A stretch of DNA of 33,083 nucleotides from Chiloscyllium plagiosum (Eukaryota). The number at the start of each line of letters is the position of its first letter. Position 1 is the stretch's first letter. The translations under genes were made by a program, and so were the position numbers. The notes beneath the pieces are model-generated. The model was given only the letters and a program-made list of their open reading frames with translations, was not told the origin of the DNA and did not search any database. This document shows, piece by piece, positions 1 through 11,293 of this stretch. The stretch spans positions 1 to 33,083 of the forward strand of contig NW_025213447.1 of the NCBI RefSeq assembly GCF_004010195.1, read 5' to 3'.

Positions 1-699
1 GGGGGTGAGCGTGGGAACAGGAGGTGGGGTCTCGGGGTGGGGTGTGCCGGAGTTTATCTGCCTGCCCCTTCCCTGGGCCTGCGTGTTCCTCGCCCTCAGA
101 AGAGGCTCCGGGTTGAGCAGGCAATCTCTCTGCAGAGACGGTGGGTCTGCCTGGCGATAGGGAGAGACTGGCTCTCACCGTCAATGCGTGGGCACGTATT
201 GGAGGGGGTTCTCACTGATGTTGTTATGAATACACTAACAGTGGGGGTTCCTGTGAGAGTTACAGTGCGGTGAAGACTGGGATTGGTGGCACATGGCTGC
301 CTCGGTGTCTCCTCCTACAAGGTGGGGGGTGGGGGTGGGGTGGTGAAGACGGGTCGGTCTGGTTCTCTTCCCTTGCCACCCTCTTGTGGGCAGGGCTCTC
401 GTGTTCTGGAATGAGGCTGGCAAGGGGAGCGGGCACAAAAATCTCACCACAACTCAGGCGTTTGTTTAAGATGCAGCTGTTTGCATATTTTCACTGAGGG
501 AGATGTAAGAGCCTACCCAAACTTCAAGACCTAAGTGGCTAGGGAGCATGAGGAGTGGGGGAAGATTAGCATTAATAAGGATGTTGAGAAATGACTGAGG
601 TGGATAAGCCACTGGTAACCAGTGGACTGCATCGCAGAATGTTGGAGGAGGTGGCTCTCAAGAGAGAGTCAATTCATTGACTAAAACAAGGGGTGGGGT

Positions 700-998
700 G
701 GGGGGATAACCTCAAAATAAGGGGGAACAGATTTCGGATTGAAGTAAGGAGGAGCTTCCACACCCAAAGATTGTGAATCTGTGGAATTCCCTGCCCAGTG
801 AAGCAGTTGAGGCTTGTTGGTGGAACGTTTTTAAGGCAAAGATGGACAATTGTTTGAACAGTAAAGGAGTGAAGGGTTATGGTGGGAGGGCGGGTAGGTG
901 GAGCTGAGGCCATACAATGATCACATTGAATGTCGGAGCAGGCTCAAAGGGCCCGGCGGCCTACTCATGCTCCTCAAGCTTATATTGTTATGTTCCTA
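700..998 (+). mobile_element. CR1 LINE 3' end fragment
   Basis: ORF2 C-terminal 'FHTQRL.NLWNSLP', then a 3'UTR with the ...GGCCTACTC..GCTCCT...TTATGTTCCTAT tail typical of CR1. Confidence 0.75.
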
Positions 999-1307
999 TT
1001 GATCATCATTTTCTGACAATCAGTATATTTTAGAATGATTCCTGCAGATTGGAAGCTAACAGATGTCACCCCACTGTTTGGAAAAGGAGCAAGAGAGAAA
1101 CCCAGGGACATGCCGACACACCAGCCTTCCATCAGTAAGGCAGAAAATGTTCGATTTGATCATAAACGATGTGATCAATAGGTACTTGGATAAAAATGGA
1201 CTCATTGGGCCCCTTGAGCACAAATTTAGAAATGGGAAATCGTCTTTGGAAAATTATTGTAGATTTTTAGGTGTTACTCAGAAAATTGAGAAGGAGAATA
1301 ATATATT

Positions 1308-1622
1308 GGGTGGCATGGTGGCACAGTGGTTAGCACTGCTGCCTCACAGCGCCAGGGACCTGGGTTCAATTCCCGCCTCAGGCGACTGACTGTGTGGAGT
1401 TTGCACGTTCTCCCTGTGTCTGCGTGGGTTTCCTCCGGGTGCTCCGGTTTCCTCCCACAGTCCAAAGATGCGCAGGTTAGGTGAATTGGCCATGCTAAAT
1501 TGCCCGTAGTGTTAGGTGAAGGGGTGAACGTAAGGGAAATGGGTCTGGGTGGGTTGCGTTTCAGCGGGTCGGTGTGGACTTGTTGGGCCGAAGGGCCTGT
1601 TTCCACACTGTAAGTAATCTAA
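1308..1622 (+). mobile_element. tRNA-derived SINE, HE1/V-SINE-like
   Basis: A box TGGCACAGTGG, B box GGTTCAATTCC, V-domain-like core GTGTGGAGTTTGCACGTTCTCCC...GGGTTTCCTCCGGGTGCTCCGGTTTCCTCCCACA, and a CR1-like 3' tail ending TAATCTAA; similar to the copies at 16617, 24033 and 26676. Confidence 0.9.
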
Positions 1623-2375
1623 GCCAATACTCTCCTCTTTGTCTATAACCATTTGGATTTTCAGAAGGCGTTTGATAAGATCCCCTCAGGAGGTTGCTTA
1701 GAAAAATTAAAGCACATGAAATTAGGAGGTTATGTAATGATGTGCTTTAAGGATTGGCTAACAGACCGAAAAACCGAACCAGAACAAATGCGTCACTCCC
1801 ACCTCAGCAGGCTGTGAGTATTGGGGTACTGCTCAGATCAGTACTTAGGCCCCAGCTTTTCACAATATGTGTCAGTGCTTTAGAGATGGGTATAGACATT
1901 TATGAATAATACAAAGCTGAGCAGAAATGTTCATGGTGAAGAAGATGAAAAATGTTTAGAGGAGCACTTGGACAGATTTCACAACTGGACAAGAACATGG
2001 CCGATGGAATAAAATGTGAGGTCAGATAGGGGGAGCTGATGTGCAGAGCATTTCTTGAATGTAAGATATTGCAAAGTGTGGATATATAAATGAACCTAGG
2101 TGTTCTTGTTGGTAATGTGCAAGTACGGCAAGTTTTTAGTGGAATATTGCCCTTTATTGCAAGACGATTTGAGGAGAGCAGTAATGAAATCTTTCTTCAA
2201 TGATACAGGAGCTTGGTTGAACTGCACCTGGAGTACTGTCTGCAGGTTTGGTTCCCTTATCTCAGCAATGATATCACCACCATCTAGGACTGGTCATGAA
2301 AGTTCACCAGACGTGTTCCCTGGTTGGTGGGACTGTCCTGTGAAGCAAGATTGAACAAAGCATTCTCTAAGGATT

Positions 2376-3041
2376 GACTTGCAGGTTGAGTCCGTGGTTA
2401 AGAAAGCAAATGTGATGTTGTCATTTATCTCAAGAGGGTTGGAATGTAAAAGCAGTGATGTGCTACTTTATAAAGCTCTAGTACAGCCCTGTTTAGAATA
2501 CTGTGTCCAATTTTGGGCCCCATGCCTCAGGAAGGACATACTGGTACTGGAGCGTGTCCAGCGGAGATTCACACGGATGATCCCTGGAATGGTAGGTCTA
2601 ACATACGATGAATGGCTGAGGATCCTGGGATTGTATTCATTAGAGATTAGAAGGTTGAGGGGAGATCTAATAGAAACTTACAAGATAATGCATGGCTTAG
2701 AAAGGGTGGATGCTGGGAATTTGTTTCCGTCAGGCGGGGATACTAGGACCCACGGGCACAGCCTTAGCATTAAAGGGGGTCAATTAGAACAGAAATGAGG
2801 AGACATTTCTTCAGCCGGAGAGTGGTGGGCCTGTGGAATTCATTGCCATGCAGCAGAGTGGAGGCCGGGACGTTAAATGTCTTCAAGGCAGAGATTGATA
2901 AATTCTTGATCTCGAAGGAATTAAGGGCTACGGGGAGAGTGCGGGTAAGTCATGTTGAAAAGTCCATCAGCCATGATTGAATGGCAGAGTGGACTCGATG
3001 GGCCGAATGGCCTTACTTCCACTCCTATGTCTTATGATCTA
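2376..3041 (+). mobile_element. 5'-truncated CR1 LINE (ORF2 C-terminus + 3'UTR) nested in the older CR1
   Basis: ORFs 2379-2798 and 2795-2980: LYKALVQPCLEYCVQFWAP, LERVQRRFTRMIPG, RRLRGDLIETYKI, FFSRRVVGLWNSLP; tail CCTATGTCTTATG. Confidence 0.9.
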
Positions 3042-3213
3042 AAAAATGAGATTGAGTATTCTCTATAGATTCAAAGTAATTGCATTGAAACTTACAAAAT
3101 TCTTAAAGGGATGGACAGAGTTGATGTAGGGTTGGAAAATCCCGAACCAGGGTCACAATTTCAAACTGGAGAGGTTGCCCTTTAAGACGGTTGAGATCTC
3201 CATTATTATTATT

Positions 3214-4050
3214 TGTATCATTTTGGTTTTGGAGCTGTGAGCTGAGAACTGAAGGTGACCTTTGGACTGTGAGCAGCAGCTTGCTTTAAAGAAAGAGGAG
3301 AACAACATGCTATTTGTTTTTGAGGCCAGGTCTGGAAGTGAACTGCTGGTTGATTCTTGTTCAAAGAACATTCTAGATGTTTCAGCTCTGGAAAGGCATT
3401 TCTCTCAAACCTGAGGCAGATGTTTGAAAGTTGAAGGCGATCTCACAGGGAGTTTGGTGGATCTGTCTGATAAAGTTGGATAAAACAGAGAAACCAAACT
3501 TTGCACTGGTTTTGAACTGTCTGCTTTTGTCAGCAGGTTTGTTGTTGAGGAAGCAACACGACCGAAGGTTGAATTGCTGACTGTTTGTTCACTCATTATT
3601 AACTTCCTGAAAGTTTGGAGAGTGGAATCTCGGTCATAAGAATTAAATCAATATTCCTCACAGCATGTTGGAAGCTATGTGCACACACTGGTGTTTTCAA
3701 AAACCATGCAAGATACAATCCCATGTGCCTGTGATATTCCAGGTCATAGGAATTGCTTCAGTGAACTGGTCGGTTACATCTTAATTTTTTAAAATTTATC
3801 GGTGAACTGTTTGTCCTTCTGTCTTTGTGAGAGTGGGTTTAAACCATAAACATTAATTGGATGACTTTGATGTTTAACTTTGCTTTGCTAAAGCTGCATT
3901 ATTTTTAATAAATTGTGAATTCACCTTTTAAGCCCTAATCTTGGTGTCTGGTAGCAATTATTCACAAATAGGAATCATTGGCATCCACTTTGAGGGCCAT
4001 TAATTTTACTGAGTTATGAATGCAGGACGGGGAGGCTCTATGTTGTAACA
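3214..4050 (+). mobile_element. Possible solo LTR (non-coding insertion interrupting the old CR1)
   Basis: ~840-bp non-CR1 block beginning TG and ending ...TGTAACA, with AATAAA at 3907-3912; CR1 sequence resumes at 4051; no clear TSD. Confidence 0.3.
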
Positions 4051-4216
4051 GGATGGCGATGAGCAGCATTTCTTTTATTGAGAGTGAATCTTTGGAATTC
4101 CCTTCTAGAGAGGGCTGTGGACATTAAGTCTTTGAGTATATTTCAGGGAGGGATTGCTACTTTTTTTCATTACCACTGTATATATGAGTGTGTAGCTGTC
4201 TGATACTTTGTCTCAC

Positions 4217-4477
4217 TGTGTGTGTGCGCGCGCGTCTGCATGTGTGTGTATGTTTGTGTGTGTATGTGCGCGTCTGCATGTGTGTGTATGTTTGTGTGTG
4301 TATGTGCGCGTCTGCATGTGTGTGCGCGTGCCTGCGTGTGTGTGTGTATGTATGCGCATGTCTGCATATGTGTATGTTTGTGTGTGTGTGTGCATCTGCA
4401 TGTGTGTGCGTGTGCCTGCGTGTGTGTGTATGTTTGTGTGTGTGAGTCTGCATGTGTGTGTGTGTTTGCATGTGTGT
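4217..4477. repeat. Degenerate (TG)n/(CA)n microsatellite
   Basis: Directly visible; source of the spurious HT/CV-rich ORFs. Confidence 0.95.
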
Positions 4478-4551
4478 CCATACAACAATTGTTGTATCTT
4501 CGATAATAAACTAATAATTGCATTTATTAAGAAACTTGCTGGGTGGTATCA

Positions 4552-5349
4552 CCCTCCCAGACTGACAATCAGACAGGGCTCCCAATACAGGCAGACTAGC
4601 CCCTCCCAGACTGACAATCAGACAGGGCTCCCAATACAGGCAGCCTAGCCCCTCCCAGACTGACAATCAGACAGGGCTCCCAATACAGGCAGAGTAGCCC
4701 CCCCCCAGACTGACAATCAGACAGGGCTCCCAATACAGGCAGACTAGCCCCTCCCAGACTGACAATCAGACAGGGTCCCCAATACAGGAAGACTAGCCAC
4801 TCCCCGACCAACAATCAGATAGGGATCCCAGTACAGACAGACTAGCCCCTCCCAGACTGACAATCAGATAGGGCTCCCAATACAAGCAGACTAGCCCCTC
4901 ACAGACTGACAATCAGACAGGGCTCCCAATACAGGCAGCCTAGCCCCTCCCAGACTGACAATCAGAAGGGTCCCCAATACAGGCAGACTAGCCCCTCCCA
5001 GACTGACAATCAGACAGGGCTCCCAATACAGGCAGCCTAGCCCCTCACAGACTGACAATCAGACAGGGCTCCCAATACAAGCAGACTAGCCCCTCCCTGA
5101 CCAACAATCAGACAGGGCTCCAAATACAGGCAGACTAGCCCCTCCCTGACCAACAATCAGACAGGGGTCCCAGTACAGACAGACTAGCCCCTCCCAGACT
5201 GACAATCAGACAGGGCTCCCAATACAGGCAGACTAGCCCCATCCCAGACTGACAATCAGATAGGGCTCCCAGTACAGGCAGACTAGCCCCTCCCAGACTG
5301 ACAATCAGACAGGGCTCCCAGTACAGGCAGACTAGCCCCTCCCAGACTG
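4552..5349. repeat. 49-bp minisatellite, ~16 copies
   Basis: Unit CCCTCCCAGACTGACAATCAGACAGGGCTCCCAATACAGGCAGACTAGC (starts at 4552, 4601, ...). Confidence 0.97.
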
Positions 5350-5424
5350 TCAGGTTTCCAGCATGTGGATTTAATGTTAGTCCATTAACAACAGTCCTAT
5401 TCAAGACTTTGTCCTTCATTGACC

Positions 5425-5665
5425 ATGGTCTGACTAACATTTCTCACTTTGGAGCACTGGGACCTGGAGTACTGCCTGCAGCTCTGGTTTCTGTTTTGCA
5501 GGAAGGATATTCTCACTCTGAAAGGGGGTACAGTGCGGGGCTACCAGATTGCTCACTGGGATTGAGAGGCTTGTTTCCTGTGGACCTGGCATCTAAAACA
5601 CAGGCACCGTCACACAGTAAGGGCCAAGCCTTCAGGAGTGAGACAGGAGAACTGTCTTCACCAAA
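5425..5665 (+). mobile_element. Decayed CR1 ORF2 C-terminal fragment
   Basis: CTGGAGTACTGCCTGCAGCTCTGG (LEYCLQLW), AGGAAGGATAT, and an 'HS.GPSLQE'-like remnant. Confidence 0.5.
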
Positions 5666-5667
5666 TT

Positions 5668-6000
5668 CCAGTACAGGCACAGGCCCTTCGGCCCTCAAAG
5701 TCTGTGCCGGTCCAGATTCTCTATTTAAACCTGTCACCTATTTGCTAAGGATCTGTATCCCACTGCTCCTTGCCCATTCATGTATCTGCCTAAATACATC
5801 TTAAATGACTCTATTGTGCCCGCCTCTACCACCTCTGCGGGCAACATGTTCCAGGCACCCACCACTCTCTGTGTATAAAACCTGCCACGCATACCTCCCT
5901 GAAACCTTTCCCCTCTCACCTTGAACTCGTGACCCCTAGTAATCGAGTCCCCCACTCTGGGAGAAAGCTTCTTGCTATGCATCCTGTCAAAACCTCTCAT
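5668..6000 (-). mobile_element. CR1 LINE 3' end fragment
   Basis: ORF 5734-6000: TRGHEFKVRGERF...FYTQRVVGAWNMLP...FKMYLGRYM, followed by the GGCCGAAGGGCCTGT 3'UTR hairpin. Confidence 0.88.
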
Positions 6001-6071
6001 TTATTAAAGGCTGGGATTGTGTTCCTTCTTTAACCAATGGGACTTAAAGACTGAGCAAGAAACACCAGAAG

Positions 6072-6504
6072 TTGAAGAGTGTGTTGCTGGAAAAGCGCAG
6101 CTGGTCAGGCAGCATCCGAGGAGCAGTAATCTCGACGTTTCGAGCATAAGCCCTTCATCAAGAATGAGGGGGGTGGCCCAACTACCAACCTTCCAACTCA
6201 GCACTGCCCTCATCCTGTCCTACTTGTACGTCTCCCTTCCCATCAAACCACTCCACCCTCCTCTCCAACCTATCACCTTCACCCCGATTTTGTCGACCTA
6301 TCACGTTCCCAGCTACCGTCCTCCAAGCCCCACACCCCTCCCATTTATCTCTCAGCCCCCCTTGGGCTCTCCCCTCATTCCTGATGAAGGGCTTATGCCT
6401 GAAACGTCGATTCCCCTGCCCCTCGGATGCTGCCTGACCTGCTGTGCTTTTCCAGCAACACACTCTCGACTCTGATCTTCAGCATCTGCAGCCCTCACCT
6501 TCTG
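6072..6504 (+). mobile_element. Penelope-like (PLE) 3' end with inverted 5' arm (fold-back), 7-bp TSD
   Basis: 6072-6180 is the reverse complement of ~6362-6468; direct repeat CCAGAAG at 6065-6071 and 6505-6511; carries a hammerhead motif. Confidence 0.8.
6381..6408 (+). ncRNA. Minimal hammerhead ribozyme motif (PLE-associated)
   Basis: CTGATGA-A-GGGC-TTAT-GCCT-GAAA-CG-TC: core boxes, stem II, palindromic ACGT helix III, GUC triplet; stem I weak. Confidence 0.6.
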
Positions 6505-6682
6505 CCAGAAGCCAGGGTGAGTTAAAGATGAACTGACACAGAAGGAGATATAAAGAAAGGGAAGAAAGAATTGATTTAAAAAGAGAGCTAACATTGTGAA
6601 TGGGTTTCAATTGTTCCATATCTGTGCTGGGAGGTTGACTAACATTGTGTTAATAACTATCCATCGTCCCAGAGGAGCAAGG

Positions 6683-6885
6683 TAAAAACAATGACTGCAG
6701 ATGCTGGAAACCAGATTCTGGATTAGTGGTGCTGGAAGAGCACAGCAGTTCAGGCAGCATCCGAGGAGCAGTAAAATCAACATTTCGGGCAAAAGCCCCT
6801 CATCAGGAATAAAGGCAGTGAGCCTGAAGCGTGGAGAGATCAGCGAGAGGAGGGTGGGGGTGGGGAGAAAGTAGCATAGAGTACA
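6683..6885 (-). mobile_element. PLE 3' end (left arm of composite 6683-8526), runs into gap
   Basis: Reverse complement of 8363-8530; hammerhead-like CTGATGAGGGGCTTTTGCCCGAAA on the minus strand (6783-6806). Confidence 0.8.
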
Positions 6886-7233
6886 NNNNNNNNNNNNNNN
6901 NNNNNNNNNNNNNNNNNNNNNNNNNNNNNNNNNNNNNNNNNNNNNNNNNNNNNNNNNNNNNNNNNNNNNNNNNNNNNNNNNNNNNNNNNNNNNNNNNNNN
7001 NNNNNNNNNNNNNNNNNNNNNNNNNNNNNNNNNNNNNNNNNNNNNNNNNNNNNNNNNNNNNNNNNNNNNNNNNNNNNNNNNNNNNNNNNNNNNNNNNNNN
7101 NNNNNNNNNNNNNNNNNNNNNNNNNNNNNNNNNNNNNNNNNNNNNNNNNNNNNNNNNNNNNNNNNNNNNNNNNNNNNNNNNNNNNNNNNNNNNNNNNNNN
7201 NNNNNNNNNNNNNNNNNNNNNNNNNNNNNNNNN

Positions 7234-7948
7234 ATCTTCATAATTCTTACAGTCTGCAGTCTCCACCTCGCTGCCTACTTGTTTTCTCTTCTGGTTCCCA
7301 GCCCCCTGCCACATTAGTTTAAAACCTCCCCAACAGCAGGAGCAAAAACTCCCCCAAGGACATTCCGGTCTGGTTCAGATGTAGACCGTCCCTTTTGTTC
7401 TAGTCCCACCTTCCCCAGAACCGGTCCCAATGTCCAATAAATCTGAACCCCTCCCTCCTACACCATCTCTCAAGCCACGTGTTCATCCTGCCTATTTTTT
7501 CATTTCTACACTGGCTAGCACGTGACACTGCTTGCTTTCTACTTATATCGTTGGTGCCTATATGCACCAAGACAACTGGCTGTTCACCCTCCCCTTTTAG
7601 AATGCTCTGCAGCCGATCAGTGACATCCCTGACCCGAGCACCTGGGAGGCAATATACCATCCGGGAATCCTGTTTTCGGCCACAGAACCGCCTAGTTACT
7701 CCCCTCACAATAGAATCCCCTATGACTATGGCCCTATGAGTCTTTTTTCCGCCCTTCTGAACAGCAGTGCCCACCATGATGCCATGATCCTGGTAACTGC
7801 TTCCCTCCCCTGGTGAGCCATCTCCCCCAACAGTATCCGAAACGGTATACCTGTTTCGGAGGGAGATGACTGCAGGGGACAGCTGCACTGCCTTCCTACT
7901 CTTTTTATGTCTTTTGGTCACCCATTCGCTGTCTCCCTCAGCAATCCT
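7234..7948 (-). pseudogene. CR1 ORF1 remnant with SGNH/GDSL esterase domain
   Basis: AIVIGDSIVR (block I), CLPGARV (block II), VLVHIGTND (block III), FIGHWDRFW; apparent internal deletion after 'ISRK' and a stop at 7400. Confidence 0.85.
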
Positions 7949-8190
7949 CAGAGTGCCAGAGAAACAGAGTGCCCCAGAAACAAAGTGCCAGAGGAACAGA
8001 GTGCCTGAGAAACAGAGTGCCAGAGAAATAACGTGCCACACAAACAGACTACCAGAGAAACATCGTGCCCCAGAAACACAGTGCCCGAGAAACAGAATGC
8101 CAGCGGAACAAAGAGTCAGAAAAATACAGTCCCAGAGAAATAGAGTGTAAAAGAAACAGAGTGCTAGAGAAACAGAGCACCGAAGAAACA
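7949..8190. repeat. Diverged 16-bp tandem repeat (~15 copies)
   Basis: Unit approximately GAGTGCCAGAGAAACA. Confidence 0.85.
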
Positions 8191-8526
8191 ACTGTTTCCT
8201 CATTTCCCCTTCCCCCACCTCACCCTCGTTCTAAACTTCCAGCTCAGTACTGTCCCCATGACTTGTCCGGACTTGTCCTACCTGCCTATCTCCTTTTCCA
8301 CCTATCCACTCCACCCTCTCCTCCCTGACCTATCACCTTCATCCCCTCCCCCACTCACCCATTGTACTCTATGCTACTTTCTCCCCATCTCCACCCCCCT
8401 CCAGCTTATCTCTCCACGCTTCAGGCTCTCTGCCTTTATTCCTGATGAAGGGCTTTTGCCTGAAACGTCGATTTCAAAACTCCTCGGATGCTGCCTGAAC
8501 TGCTGTGCTCTTCCAGCACCACTGAT
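8191..8526 (+). mobile_element. PLE 3' region (right arm of composite 6683-8526)
   Basis: Begins with the PLE ORF end (FLISPSP), has a C/T-rich 3'UTR and hammerhead motif; followed by TSD CCAGAGGAGCAAGG. Confidence 0.8.
8442..8469 (+). ncRNA. Minimal hammerhead ribozyme motif
   Basis: CTGATGA-A-GGGC-TTTT-GCCT-GAAA-CG-TC. Confidence 0.6.
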
Positions 8527-8705
8527 CCAGAGGAGCAAGGGGCTGCTGTCTCACTAGAGAGAGAGAGAGAGAGAGAGTGAGAAAGAGAGAGAAAGAGAGA
8601 GGACTGGTGGTGGTTTTACCTGAGAGACAGCACACCTCAATTCAGGGAAGAGGTTGAGAAGGAGAGCTCTTCATGGTAACCTCAGTTGGTGTGGGATTTA
8701 AAACA
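8527..8705 (-). mobile_element. SINE-like element with internal (GA)n; its other end lies at ~6660-6682 (host of the PLE composite)
   Basis: (GA)n at 8557-8600; degenerate B box on the minus strand near 8690-8703; continuity across the TSD. Confidence 0.45.
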
Positions 8706-8759
8706 AGTTCTTTTGTACCAGCCCTAATATTTGATTTTCCAAATAGATATTTTATAACC

Positions 8760-8851
8760 AGTCTGTTCAGTGATGTCACTATATACATCTGGAGCATGTA
8801 GGACTTGAACCTGGATTCCTGGCTCGGAGGTAGGGACACTACCACTGTACC
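8760..8851 (-). mobile_element. tRNA-derived SINE head
   Basis: Minus strand reads GGTACAGTGGTAGTG (A box) ... GGTTCAAGTCC (B box). Confidence 0.6.
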
Positions 8852-9099
8852 TCAAGAGTCCGACTTTGCTTCAGTGACAATGAGCGTAAATGAATGATGG
8901 CTGTCGTCAGGCGACCAATGGAATGGCACAGAGTGTATCGTCATGGGAACGGGGGCAGGGCAGAGGGGACCAGTGGTAGTTTCACTTCAGCATTCGCCAT
9001 CCTGGGGAATGTTCTGGCAATGTGGGATCAAACCCGACCAAGGCAGATGGTGGGATGGCAATTTAATACAAAGCTAACCACATTGCAGCCATGTAGCCA

Positions 9100-9225
9100 C
9101 TTTTGTAAAAACCCATCAAATTTATTAATCTGTTTGGAAAGGAGACTGCTGCCCTTACCTGGTCTGGCCTACATGTGACTCCAGACCCAGAGGAATGTAG
9201 TTGGTACCTAACTACCCTCTGGGGC
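9100..9225 (+). mobile_element. Deu-domain SINE fragment (SacSINE1/AmnSINE1-like)
   Basis: CCTTACCTGGTCTGGCCTACATGTGACTCCAGACCCA...CCCTCTG core; homologous in reverse to 18160-18230. Confidence 0.65.
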
Positions 9226-9696
9226 AGTAAAGGCAGGCCCATCCAGAGGCCCCCACTCCCTGTGAACAAAGGAAAGGAACTTGTGACAATTCACAACTGA
9301 TAAATGGTTTAGAAACAAAAAACAGAGCCCTGAAGTGGGAGATTCCTGAGTGATTTATATCACAGTAACAGCTTTGACAGTGTGGTGTGGTGTTTATTCT
9401 CATTCACAGGGGTTTTAATCGCCCCCACCACCCCCAACATTCAGGAATATTGTTCCTGGACAGAACACCTAGCTCTGTTACTCTCCAGTTTCTAGTTCAA
9501 GCTCCTGTCTTGACCAAACCTGACCTGGTGAGTTAACTTAAAAAGTTCTGAGAAATTAGAAACAGGTAGGAAGTGAAGATTTGAGCCAAGTAGAGGATTA
9601 AGGCGAGACTCTGGGAATCCAAGATGGTGGCGATCGAGAAAGAATCGCACAGCAAAGCTCTGCACCACAGTGCAAGCTGGACAAACTTTTAACCTG

Positions 9697-9823
9697 GTGA
9701 AGGACTTTTGCCCGAAACGTCAATTTTCCTGCTCCTCAGACGCTGCCTGACCTGCTGTGCTTTTCCAGCACAGCATTCTCGAGTCTGATCTCCAGTATCT
9801 GGAGTCCTCACTTTCACCTAGAT
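9697..9823 (+). mobile_element. Short PLE 3' end inserted in the L1 5'UTR, 11-bp TSD
   Basis: CTTTTAACCTG at 9686-9696 and 9824-9834; body matches 6385-6504. Confidence 0.8.
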
Positions 9824-9934
9824 CTTTTAACCTGCCCTACCCGGACCACCCTGATATCCTGGGGCTCTGGGAAAGTCATGGACTCCCAAGAAACAGTTTA
9901 AAAAAAAACTTACCTTGGTTCTCGCCATCCAGGG

Positions 9935-10730
9935 ATGCCCAAGAAGGGAGGAAGAGCGTCCAAGGCCTAGCCCATGGCACAGCCTGCAGCATCCTCAGAC
10001 TCGATTACCTACCAGGCCCCAGTAAAGGAGCTCGCAAAATCTCGGGAGATGCTGGGGAAGCCGATAGAGGAGAAGCTGGCCCCGATCTCTATCACGCTGC
10101 AGAGGCATGAACAGCAGCTGGGAGACCTGGAGGAAAGGCCGGATGAGGTAGAACACAGAGCCGCAGTGGTGGAAGCTGATACTGGTTCCTCCAAGGATAG
10201 GATCCAGGCCCTGCAGACTCAGGTCTGTAAGTTGCTTGACCAAGTTGACCTAGAGAACAGGGGCAAGAGAAGAAATATTCGGATCATCGGTCTGCTGGAG
10301 GGTAAGGAAGGTGAGCGGCCGGCAGAATTTATTGAGGCCCGGTTGCTGAAATTCCTTAACTTGGAGGCTGGCATGAGAGGGCTCACCGGGTCACGGTGCG
10401 GAGTCAGGGCTGGGTCAATGTCCTCGTCCTCTCTTGGTTCGGTTTCATCACTAAAGAGATAAGGAGAGAATCGTGGAAGCTGACAGAATCCAGGGGAAAG
10501 ATCTGAAGGCCTTAGTTTATGAGGGCTCGAAGATCATGTTCTTCCAGGAGTTCTCAGCGGCGATGATCAGGAAAAGAAAATCCTCTGACAGTGTCAAGAG
10601 AAGACTGAGGGAGCTCGGGATCCAGTACTCTCTGAGGTATCCAGTGGTCCTTTGGGTCACCTTAGATGGATCTGTATATCTCTTTGATGGAGAAGGCAAG
10701 AGACTTTGTGGACAAATTAACTTAATCTGA
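9935..10730 (+). pseudogene. L1 ORF1p remnant (coiled coil + RRM + CTD)
   Basis: MPKKGGR...; DLENRGKRRNIRIIGLLEGKEG is a typical L1 ORF1 motif; YEGSKIMFFQEFSAAMIRKRK and YSLRYP; stops and frameshifts. Confidence 0.85.
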
Positions 10731-10970
10731 ACAATGTAATATATATAAATATTCAGGTTGTTGGGATATGTCTCTACTTTTCTTTAAAAAGAAGAAGTCC
10801 AGTCAGGGCTTTGTTTTCCTATTTTTTATTGGGAATAATCTGGTCTAAACTATGCTCAGGGACGGCTGGGATGTTTACTTTCAATTTCTAAGTTATGTTA
10901 TACCAAATGATTGGTGGGGTATTTACCCTTTTTAGTCCAAAATTTCTTTCTGCACATTGTTATTCCATGG

Positions 10971-11293
10971 CCTAAAGAGAGAAAATGCTGGAAAATCTCA
11001 GCAGGTCTGGCAGCATCTGTAAGGAGGGAAAAGAGCTGACGTTTCGAGTCTAACTGACCCTTTGTCAAAGTTAAAAACAGGAGAGAAATAGGGAGGTAAT
11101 TATACTAATATTTTTTCCTCGTATAAATACCTCCCTATTTCTCCTTTTTTTTAGCTTTGACAAAGGGTCAGTTAGACTCAAAACGTCAGCTCTTTTCTCT
11201 CCTCACAGATGTTGCCAGACCTGCTGAGATTTTCCAGCATTTTCTCTCTTTTGTTTCAGATTCCAGTATCCGCAGTAATTTGCTTTTATCTAT
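10971..11293 (+). mobile_element. Fold-back PLE-type non-autonomous insertion, 14-bp TSD
   Basis: Arms ~10974-11105 and ~11121-11251 are reverse complements; TTGTTATTCCATGG at 10957-10970 and 11294-11307; degenerate hammerhead TTGACAA-AGGGTC-AGTTA-GACTC-(G/A)AAACGTC. Confidence 0.8.

Larger units (their letters stand above)
550..4156 (+). mobile_element. Old, highly decayed CR1-clade LINE ORF2/3' remnant, split by younger insertions (pieces ~550-670, 1000-1305, 1640-2370, 3045-3200, 4051-4156)
   Basis: Degenerate CR1 RT motifs in order: DWKLTDVTPLF (~1047), LDFQKAFDKIP (~1654), GVLLRSVLRP (a decayed [10 protein letters not shown], ~1823), LEYCLQVW (~2229), IETYKILKG (~3084); many stops and frameshifts. 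Confidence 0.7.

Noticed and set aside
1..497. G-rich region with three short ORFs
   Set aside because: No recognisable motifs or convincing splice structure; cannot be assigned from sequence alone.
1308..1385. tRNA gene (also at 8790-8851, 16860-16928, 24033-24110, 26925-26996)
   Set aside because: A/B boxes belong to tRNA-derived SINE heads continuous with SINE bodies; no convincing cloverleaf.
4157..4648. His/Thr- and Cys/Val-rich ORFs
   Set aside because: Translations of a (TG)n microsatellite.
7400..8218. 272-aa ORF as a novel membrane-anchored esterase
   Set aside because: The hydrophobic N-terminus is read-through of a 16-bp tandem repeat starting in a PLE arm; the CR1 esterase is internally deleted and truncated.
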